From a virus, in the UHGV virus genome UHGV-0157498: DNA of 42,984 nt. One strand, written 5' to 3'. The position numbers and the translations under genes were made by a program. Each line of letters opens with the position of its first letter. Position 1 is the first letter of the stretch. Below are positions 36,158 to 42,984 of the stretch, piece by piece. Below the pieces are notes generated by a model. It saw nothing but the letters and a program-made list of their open reading frames with translations, made no database searches and was not told the DNA's origin.

Positions 36158-37411
36158 TTAAGCTGTGTTCCCTCTGCGGTTAAATTTAGGTTCAAATGCA
36201 TAACGTGTCGCATCGATCGAATGGTTGTTTGCATCCGGATAGCCGCTGATGATGTTGCCGTCCTTGTCCCGGTCGTATTCGTATTCTGTAAATTCTCGGT
36301 ATACATTCGGTGTCCTGCGTTTGTCTATAACGATCTTTCGCCGCATAAGCCACTTCATTCCATATTCGACGCTACCTGGCCCTTTTATCGCCGGCCGCGC
36401 CGGAAGTCCCATGCTCCGGTAATCGTTTATAGATTTCGGTTCGGCACTATCGCAAGTTATATGATAATCCGTATAACCTTTTTCTTTGATCCAGTTACCC
36501 GTTATCTCGTTCGATTCTTTATTGACATAATGCTCGTCAATAAAATAAATCGTCTCGCTGTCCGCGTCATAATAGCATCGGACAAACGCATACGCATCTG
36601 GGTACCAACCAAAGTCAGTCCCCTGATAAATCACATCCATCCGGGCTATTTCGTCATCGGTAATTTCGCGCAGCTCCAGAAGCTCAAATACGTTTCCACC
36701 TGTCCCAACTGCGTTCCCTAGATACTCATGCTCGTATGCTCTCGGATTTGTGAGCATTAAATGCTCGGCACTGTCAAAAAATTCATCTCCTAGCCACTCC
36801 CGCGGCACGCTCCTGTAATCGCTTTTGTGGTTGTATGCCCGACCATCCTCAATTTGCACATATTCGTTTGCCCAGTTGTTCCGATTGATCGGCGGATTAA
36901 ACGTCTTAAACACGACATACCCATGCCCGCCTCTCAGAACAGACTGCTCCGCCATTCGGATTTCTTCTGGACCCTTGAAGATATCCAGTTCCTCGAACCA
37001 GAGATATTTAAAAAATCCTGTAGCTGCCTTGATGGATTTTGTCTTTTGTGCCTTATCCAGACCGCGAAATATGATCTTTTGCCCTGTCGGCAGGTAGGTA
37101 AATTGCATCGGGTTTACATTGCTGCGCCAGTAACCAGACACGCCCAGCGCATCTACCGCCCATTGGATCTGGTTATAAACAGAATCTCGCAGCATTGCGG
37201 AGAACTTGTGGAATACTACCGCGTTTGCTGCCGGGTCTTGCATCATGCCAAGTACGATCTCTACAGACACAAAAGAGGACTTTGTCGAGCCTCTTCCTCC
37301 GTAAAGGTTGTAGTACTCGTGCCGCCCTGCCTTTATATCCTTATGTACTTTGTAAAAAGCCGGAGCAATTAAATCTGTAAGCCCTATCCGTGCTCCCTGC
37401 CGTTCTGCCAT
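36158..37411 (-). CDS. terL: terminase large subunit (PBSX family)
   Basis: GGRGSTKS Walker A, WFEE, TFNPP, DFGW, NHSIDATRYA. Confidence 0.95.
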   Translation of the reverse strand: MAERQGARIGLTDLIAPAFYKVHKDIKAGRHEYYNLYGGRGSTKSSFVSVEIVLGMMQDPAANAVVFHKFSAMLRDSVYNQIQWAVDALGVSGYWRSNVNPMQFTYLPTGQKIIFRGLDKAQKTKSIKAATGFFKYLWFEELDIFKGPEEIRMAEQSVLRGGHGYVVFKTFNPPINRNNWANEYVQIEDGRAYNHKSDYRSVPREWLGDEFFDSAEHLMLTNPRAYEHEYLGNAVGTGGNVFELLELREITDDEIARMDVIYQGTDFGWYPDAYAFVRCYYDADSETIYFIDEHYVNKESNEITGNWIKEKGYTDYHITCDSAEPKSINDYRSMGLPARPAIKGPGSVEYGMKWLMRRKIVIDKRRTPNVYREFTEYEYDRDKDGNIISGYPDANNHSIDATRYAFEPKFNRRGNTA

Positions 37412-37420
37412 TTAGTCTCC

Positions 37421-37786
37421 CTACTTTTCTGTCGCCGCGTCCGGAATATCGTCAACGATCGTAACCTTTCCGGATGCCTCAACCTCCATCTGGTCTCGCT
37501 GCCCTAACAACTGCTTGCCTAACCAAATAGCCATTGTCGGATTCGTCTCTGCGTGCTTGAACTGGAGTCTCCGCAGGCTTGCTTTGCCCTTCTGGCTCTT
37601 TTTTTTATAAGTCTCCGCAAATCCCTCTTTGTACGTCCTCACGCACCATCTTTCAATCGTGTCCTCGCTGCATCCGATAACTGCCGCAATCTCCGCAAGT
37701 GTGCATTGAATCGAACATAAATTCTCGAATACTTTTTGATCAATTGGTATTCTTTTCCGTCCGCCCTTGTTTGCATTATCAGACAT
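37421..37786 (-). CDS. terS: terminase small subunit
   Basis: HTH + MAIWLGKQLLGQRD. Confidence 0.8.
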   Translation of the reverse strand: MSDNANKGGRKRIPIDQKVFENLCSIQCTLAEIAAVIGCSEDTIERWCVRTYKEGFAETYKKKSQKGKASLRRLQFKHAETNPTMAIWLGKQLLGQRDQMEVEASGKVTIVDDIPDAATEK

Positions 37787-37806
37787 ATATACTACCTCTT
37801 TTTTAT

Positions 37807-37992
37807 TTATTGTTTGTTTTCAGTTAAATGCTCATCTTCTGCCTGACATTTTTTTAAGATGATCTCATTGTTATCCCCAATAAAAATTTGTAACGGATCT
37901 GATTCTTGGATGTTCAACCTTCTCCGTACATACCTTGGAATTCTTATTCTTCCAAGATCATCTAATATATACACTCTTCCTATTGCTTCCAT
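37807..37992 (-). CDS. AbrB/SpoVT-like DNA-binding protein
   Basis: LDDLGRIRIPRYVRRRLNI...DPLQIF....IILKK. Confidence 0.8.
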   Translation of the reverse strand: MEAIGRVYILDDLGRIRIPRYVRRRLNIQESDPLQIFIGDNNEIILKKCQAEDEHLTENKQ

Positions 37993-38026
37993 TTCTCCTC
38001 CCGGGTTATTCTGCTATGCAAAAACA

Positions 38027-39187
38027 TTATTTATTTAATAAAACAGCTTTTGCCCCTGTAAACTTTTCCCATCTGTCGACAATAACATCCACATACCGTG
38101 GGTCGTATTCCATAGAATAGCCGCGCCTTCCATTCTGTTCGCATGCCATAATGGTTGTCCCTGATCCGCCGAACAAGTCTAAGACTACATCCCCACCCTT
38201 TGTATTATTCTTGATCTGGTAATCAAACAACGGGATCGGCTTCATGGTCGGGTGCATGTCATTTCGTGTGGGCTTGTCAAAATTGATTACTGTTGTCTGC
38301 TTTCTGTCTGAAGCCCACAGATGCCCAGCTCCTTCTTTCCAGCCATACAGGCACGGCTCGTGCTTCCATTGGTAGTCTTGCCGTCCCATCACCATGCTGT
38401 TTTTGTTCCAGATAAGACACTGCCTTACAGTCCAGCCAGCATCAAAGCACGCCCCCCGGAAATTATATCCCTCACTGTCCGCATGCCAAATGTAAAAGAC
38501 CGCGCCCGGCTTCATAACCATGTCGGCGTTGCTAAAAGCATCTGTCAAAAACTGCCTAAAATTATCGTTGCCCATCTGGTCATTTTTAATTTTAAGCTTG
38601 TCTTTGGTCTTCCCCTCATAGTTTACGTTGTATGGCGGGTCAGTGAGCAGCATGTCTGCTTGCTCCCCCCCCATCAGCTTTTCTACGTCTTTCAGCACCG
38701 TGCTATCACCGCACATCAGCCTATTATTGCCCAACTGATAAATGTCGCCCAGTTTGGATTTTGGTTCTGGAGGCAACTCTACCTCAAATTCATCCTCAAC
38801 AGCTTCCTCGGCATCGTCCTGCAATGCATCCTCGAATCCAAACAATTCCATGTCAAGGTCGATAATATCGTCAAGTTCCGCATTCAGCAGGTCAAAATCC
38901 CATTCAGCTTTTTCAGCTACTTTATTATCTGCCAACCTGAATGCCTTTATCTGCTCATCTGTCAGGTCGTCAGCGATTATGCACGGCACTTCACTCATTT
39001 TAAGCTTTTTTGCAGCTTTATATCTTGTATGCCCTGCAACAATAACATTGTTTTTATCGATCACGATCGGAACCTTAAACCCGAACTCTTTGATGGATTC
39101 TGCAACGTATTTAACAGCATCATCGTTCTTTCTCGGGTTATTCTCGTATGGTTTTAAATTTTTTAAAGGGATATTGGTTATGTTCAT
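38027..39187 (-). CDS. ParB-like + N4/N6 DNA methyltransferase fusion
   Basis: LKPYENNPR, AGHTR; TDPPY, HPTMKP, DLFGGSGTT. Confidence 0.9.
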   Translation of the reverse strand: MNITNIPLKNLKPYENNPRKNDDAVKYVAESIKEFGFKVPIVIDKNNVIVAGHTRYKAAKKLKMSEVPCIIADDLTDEQIKAFRLADNKVAEKAEWDFDLLNAELDDIIDLDMELFGFEDALQDDAEEAVEDEFEVELPPEPKSKLGDIYQLGNNRLMCGDSTVLKDVEKLMGGEQADMLLTDPPYNVNYEGKTKDKLKIKNDQMGNDNFRQFLTDAFSNADMVMKPGAVFYIWHADSEGYNFRGACFDAGWTVRQCLIWNKNSMVMGRQDYQWKHEPCLYGWKEGAGHLWASDRKQTTVINFDKPTRNDMHPTMKPIPLFDYQIKNNTKGGDVVLDLFGGSGTTIMACEQNGRRGYSMEYDPRYVDVIVDRWEKFTGAKAVLLNK

Positions 39188-39213
39188 AACTCATTCATTC
39201 TCCTATTTCTATA

Positions 39214-39463
39214 ATTTTACCATTGCTTCCGGCTCTCTTTGTACCCGATTCATGTTTATGTCCATCATGTGGTAAAAAAGGCGCTGGTAACCGTAAAAGT
39301 CTGTCCTGCTCTTCGCTGTAAAATTGGCTGGTAGAAATTTTGATTACGAGCCCGTGGACAGTATGGCGCGCTGAAGCTTTTTCATGACGGCATTACAATT
39401 CATATCATACCCCATACAGTTATTATTCTATTTTACCATTCTCGTTTCCTGATCCGCGTACCC
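39214..39463 (-). promoter_or_regulatory. tandem late promoters (two GGGTAC-N18/19-TGGTAAAAT)
   Basis: 39214-39246 and 39430-39463. Confidence 0.65.
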
Positions 39464-39466
39464 CTT

Positions 39467-39778
39467 TTACACAATTGCATGTCCTTCCAGTATCATGTAG
39501 CTGTTGTATAGATATATCGTTTTCCTGCGATACCCATAAAAATCTTTCCTCCCGATAGGGATGTTGCATATCTTTGAGATGTTGTCATACCCCAGCCCTG
39601 ATGTCAGGCTAAAAAACAGATATTGCGCCAACTCTGCATATGCGCTTTCCGCAGCCAGAAGCAGCAGTTCCAATTCCCTACCCTTTGCGTTTTTGCACTT
39701 GTCTTCTATTTTTTTTACCTCATTGTATGTCAGACCGTAACCATTAAAGTATGTGTCCCTTGTTCCCACATTCCCCAC
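39467..39778 (-). CDS. putative late transcriptional activator (ArpU/RinA position)
   Basis: last early gene; GYD.I....IPIGRKDFYGYRRK HTH-like end. Confidence 0.6.
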   Translation of the reverse strand: MGNVGTRDTYFNGYGLTYNEVKKIEDKCKNAKGRELELLLLAAESAYAELAQYLFFSLTSGLGYDNISKICNIPIGRKDFYGYRRKTIYLYNSYMILEGHAIV

Positions 39779-39821
39779 CTTCTTTCTTTTTGCTTTATTT
39801 TTTTGTTACCCTATCCCAGTC

Positions 39822-39918
39822 CCGCAGGATTTATCTGTGTAGACAGAGGGAACCAGCACACAAGCTGGCGCGCCGGATCTGACCGGTTAGGTGTAATTCT
39901 GCGGCTTCCCCTCTGTTT
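39822..39918. ncRNA. candidate pseudoknotted RNA
   Basis: two interleaved 10-bp helices enclosing two hairpins. Confidence 0.45.
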
Positions 39919-39934
39919 TTAGTTAAATATCAGT

Positions 39935-40822
39935 TTACGGCAACATTTCCGGGAAATCATCGAAACTCATTTGTCCGAGTACATTATCGTCTTCCATCCA
40001 CCATAAAAATACGTCTTCGCCTGTCTTCCATCGCGGATTTTTCCCAGATGCTCTCATCTTATCAATCATTTCCGAAAAGGCTTTGATATACTTTTCTTTA
40101 AATCCCGGAAAGTCCGCGAACTCTTTCCAGCGTCTCTTCCCCGCCATCGGGCAGCCAACACACCCTACACGATGATAGCCGCAATCATACAAAGTGTTAT
40201 ATTCTATTTCATTCCCCCTTATAAAATCCCACACATCGGCATCTGACCACGATATAATAGGATTTACAGCCACCTTCCCTTTCTGACGACAGTGGTCGAT
40301 TATATCTCTGCTTGCATCGTTGTCATTCGCCAACATGACTCTATCCAATTTTATGCTATCACTCGCCTTCTTCGTAATGCTCTCCACTTCGTTTCTTGTT
40401 GCACGCTTCCTGCTTTCTGCCCACCTTACTCCGGTCGTTATGACACTATTTTCGGCATTTTGCTCTTTCAAAATCTCACAGCAATACCTCATCATTCTAG
40501 TTGGAGGCATACCTTTTATTGGGATTAACGACCACATATTTACTTTCTGCCCCTTGTACATCGGCTGTGTGTATTCGCAAGATATTCCCTCTTTTTTACA
40601 TTGTTCAAACACCTTTCGGACATGCCGCATCGTCTGTGGTGCGTCAACTGTTGTGATGCTATGTTGTACTACAAACGGTACGCCAGCTCGCTTGCACAAT
40701 TCCAAAACGACGTCCGAATCTTTTCCACCGCTGTATGTACATACAAATGGTTTGTCGTAATATCGTTTCGACATATCCGCCGCCATGCGAATCAAATATA
40801 TTGCATCCTCTTCTTTTCCCAT
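39935..40822 (-). CDS. PAPS reductase family protein
   Basis: YSGGKDS PP-loop, RYCC..LKE, GVRWAES, RVGCVGCP. Confidence 0.9.
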   Translation of the reverse strand: MGKEEDAIYLIRMAADMSKRYYDKPFVCTYSGGKDSDVVLELCKRAGVPFVVQHSITTVDAPQTMRHVRKVFEQCKKEGISCEYTQPMYKGQKVNMWSLIPIKGMPPTRMMRYCCEILKEQNAENSVITTGVRWAESRKRATRNEVESITKKASDSIKLDRVMLANDNDASRDIIDHCRQKGKVAVNPIISWSDADVWDFIRGNEIEYNTLYDCGYHRVGCVGCPMAGKRRWKEFADFPGFKEKYIKAFSEMIDKMRASGKNPRWKTGEDVFLWWMEDDNVLGQMSFDDFPEMLP

Positions 40823-40834
40823 CCCATTACTCCT

Positions 40835-41092
40835 TTAAACTCTGCTGCCTCGCAGGAACGCATCCTGCAGCGAACTCTTCCATGTCGGTTCTGCCTGCTC
40901 CTGCACACGCTCCACCATGTCGCATTGGTAAACAATCTCTGTTGCCCACTCCCGGATTTGCCGAAGCCCATCCGCATCCGGTGCGATACTTGCACGCCGT
41001 TCGATCGAGAGCGCCAGATCCCTGATCCGGTTATCTGCCGCCATCCATACCGGTTCGGCATCCGGCTGCGTTTTTATCCATATTGCCATCAT
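40835..41092 (-). CDS. hypothetical protein
   Basis: AGGAG RBS. Confidence 0.6.
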   Translation of the reverse strand: MMAIWIKTQPDAEPVWMAADNRIRDLALSIERRASIAPDADGLRQIREWATEIVYQCDMVERVQEQAEPTWKSSLQDAFLRGSRV

Positions 41093-41102
41093 TATTCTCC
41101 TG

Positions 41103-42344
41103 TCATAGTATTTTTGCATTCATTAAGTTTTTAAAGATGTACATCGGACATGCCACAACTATGCTGTTTCCTGCCTGCTTATAAAGCTGTGTGTTGCTGT
41201 TTACTTTTTGCGCTTTGGCAAAATCCTCGTCGTCAAAATCCATCAGCCGAAAGCATTCTTTCGGGGTCAGACGCCGCACCCGCATTTCAGGCGGCTCGCA
41301 CACATAGTTATCTTTTTGCGTAGTCGTTAGGGTGTTGCATATTCCCTGTCTGTTCGGTTCTAGTCTCTGTACCGTTGGCGCTCCTTGCGTCCTGTCCGAT
41401 GGATTTTCCGGATTGCGTCCCCGGCTTGCCACAATAAATGGCTGGCGGCCTCCACCCATGCTGCAATTAAGCGCAGGGCATAATCCGTCTGTATCATACA
41501 CTCTGCCCTGGTTCGGATTATCTCTTGTTTTTGTGGGCATTATATTTCCAATTTGCCTTACCCGTATAAGACTTTCGCTGCCGTCCTTGTAATATCTTGC
41601 CCGTATACAAGGCGACACGCCTTGCGTATCAGGATCATTTATCACTGCCCCAAAACCATTTCCATTTTTCTGGTTTCGCGTTTTATGCTCCATCATCCCG
41701 TTTAATCGCGCAGACGATACATAATATTTTTCCTCCACTTCTTGTTCTAATATGTCTTTAAGTTTCCGTTTAAGTGGCAAACTTTCCGGGAATTTAAACC
41801 CCCCCGTATCGACATCTTTCCGTATGCTGACGATAAATACCCTTTTCCTGTTTTGCGGCACATTATATTTTTTTGCATTTAATATTTCCCAGTAGTTGTT
41901 ATATCCCGCCTCTTCCAGAGAGGTCAGCACCGTTTTAAACTCATTTTCAAATTTTTTTCCGGTCAGATTTTTTACATTTTCCGCAATTGCAACCTTTGGC
42001 ATTGTTGCTTTTATAATTCTTAGTGCGTCAAAAAACAGCCCCGATCTTGTCTGGTTCCCGTTTTCGTCCAAAAATCCCCTCTGTTTCCCGGCTACCGAAA
42101 TATCCTGGCACGGGAATCCATATGTAATCAGGTCAATATCTTTTGGCAGCTTTTTTTCATCAATTTTTTTGATGTCCCCCAAATTTAATGGCTCTGCTAC
42201 ATTATGGATTGCTACATATGATTTTGACGCATATTTATCAATTTCTGAGTATCCGATCAATTCATATTCCGCTTCGATCCTGTCCAGCGCTTTCTCAAAA
42301 GCTCCGATGCCCGAAAAAAGTGATAATAATTTTATTTTCCCCAT
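41103..42344 (-). CDS. DNA cytosine-5 methyltransferase
   Basis: FSGIG, GFPCQD, ENVK, PQNRKR, YKQAGNS. Confidence 0.95.
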   Translation of the reverse strand: MGKIKLLSLFSGIGAFEKALDRIEAEYELIGYSEIDKYASKSYVAIHNVAEPLNLGDIKKIDEKKLPKDIDLITYGFPCQDISVAGKQRGFLDENGNQTRSGLFFDALRIIKATMPKVAIAENVKNLTGKKFENEFKTVLTSLEEAGYNNYWEILNAKKYNVPQNRKRVFIVSIRKDVDTGGFKFPESLPLKRKLKDILEQEVEEKYYVSSARLNGMMEHKTRNQKNGNGFGAVINDPDTQGVSPCIRARYYKDGSESLIRVRQIGNIMPTKTRDNPNQGRVYDTDGLCPALNCSMGGGRQPFIVASRGRNPENPSDRTQGAPTVQRLEPNRQGICNTLTTTQKDNYVCEPPEMRVRRLTPKECFRLMDFDDEDFAKAQKVNSNTQLYKQAGNSIVVACPMYIFKNLMNAKIL

Positions 42345-42345
42345 G

Positions 42346-42657
42346 TTACACAATTCTCCCGTTCGTATCCGCTAACAGTCTGTAGACCGATGCCACAAAC
42401 CAGTCTGCGGCGTATCCTGCAAATAACATACCAGCGCCAAACAACGCCATGTATGCGGCAATCTTAAGCAGGTCTTTAATATCGCGCTTACGCAGCTTCC
42501 ACTTTGCTTCCCAGTCCTGCGCACCGTAATACTTTTCATACGCGGTTTCGACCATGTACTCACCCATGTAGCACAGTACATGTAATGCTGCCATAATCGT
42601 CATTACGATGCTGAACATGATCGCCATTTCGGCAAATATATCTAATAACTCACGCAT
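42346..42657 (-). CDS. membrane protein
   Basis: two hydrophobic segments, AGGAGG RBS. Confidence 0.65.
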   Translation of the reverse strand: MRELLDIFAEMAIMFSIVMTIMAALHVLCYMGEYMVETAYEKYYGAQDWEAKWKLRKRDIKDLLKIAAYMALFGAGMLFAGYAADWFVASVYRLLADTNGRIV

Positions 42658-42679
42658 CTACTTCCTCCTCCTGAGCGGC

Positions 42680-42984
42680 TCACTTTTCCGCTCCCTGTTC
42701 CTCTGCCACTGCAAATTCTCCATTCTTCAGCGTATAAAACGTATTTTCTTTTATGCGCTCACCGTCCACTTTTTCCATCTTTGCACAAACTAAATTGTTA
42801 GAATCGTCATACTCGGCAAGGACCAGATAACAGCCTTTTTCTCCTCTTGCTTTTCCGCGTCTTCCCCACGATACGGCCACGCCGTCTTTTCCCGTGTTGG
42901 TTGCAGCGCTCCAGTTTCCCGTGTTGGTTGCGGCGCTCTGGTTTCCCGTGTTGGTTGCAGCGCTCCAGTCTCCCGTGTTGGTTG
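42680..42984 (-). CDS. C-terminal part of SAATNTG-repeat protein
   Basis: in frame with 448..1; ends KVDGERIKENTFYTLKNGEF. Confidence 0.85.
   Translation of the reverse strand, partial: TNTGDWSAATNTGNQSAATNTGNWSAATNTGKDGVAVSWGRRGKARGEKGCYLVLAEYDDSNNLVCAKMEKVDGERIKENTFYTLKNGEFAVAEEQGAEK
42890..42984. repeat. 27-bp tandem repeat, continuation across origin
   Basis: same unit as 1-115. Confidence 0.95.

Overview
This looks like a complete, circularly permuted ~43 kb temperate siphovirus genome. Gene content and Shine-Dalgarno style suggest a Bacillota host, probably Lachnospiraceae/Clostridia (inference). The two window ends join in frame inside a 27-bp tandem repeat gene, and an intact attP with a tRNA 3'-end core lies next to the integrase, so this is the excised or virion form. 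Most genes are on the minus strand. The modules are: early/replication (Gp157, Rad52-like SSAP, HNH, resolvase, initiator); lysogeny (short cI, TM2 protein, tyrosine integrase); a moron block; lysis (holins, GH25 endolysin); A118-like tail and head genes; terminase; and DNA-modification genes (C5 MTase, PAPS-reductase-like, ParB-MTase). Five unexplained features stand out. (1) Two reciprocally decayed DUF4417 + 'GGRG-N-terminus' loci, where one GGRG is hidden behind a Prp-type NLQFF cleavage leader. (2) A self-regulated cassette inside the head module with a Cys-His-Asp peptidase and a Gly-rich membrane/coiled-coil protein bearing a double-glycine-type leader. (3) A tRNA-Ile(UAU) preceded by armless tRNA-like elements behind a Zn-finger gene and a terminator. 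(4) A LexA-box-controlled 33-aa candidate antirepressor. (5) A four-copy late promoter motif. All family calls come from sequence recognition only; no searches were run.
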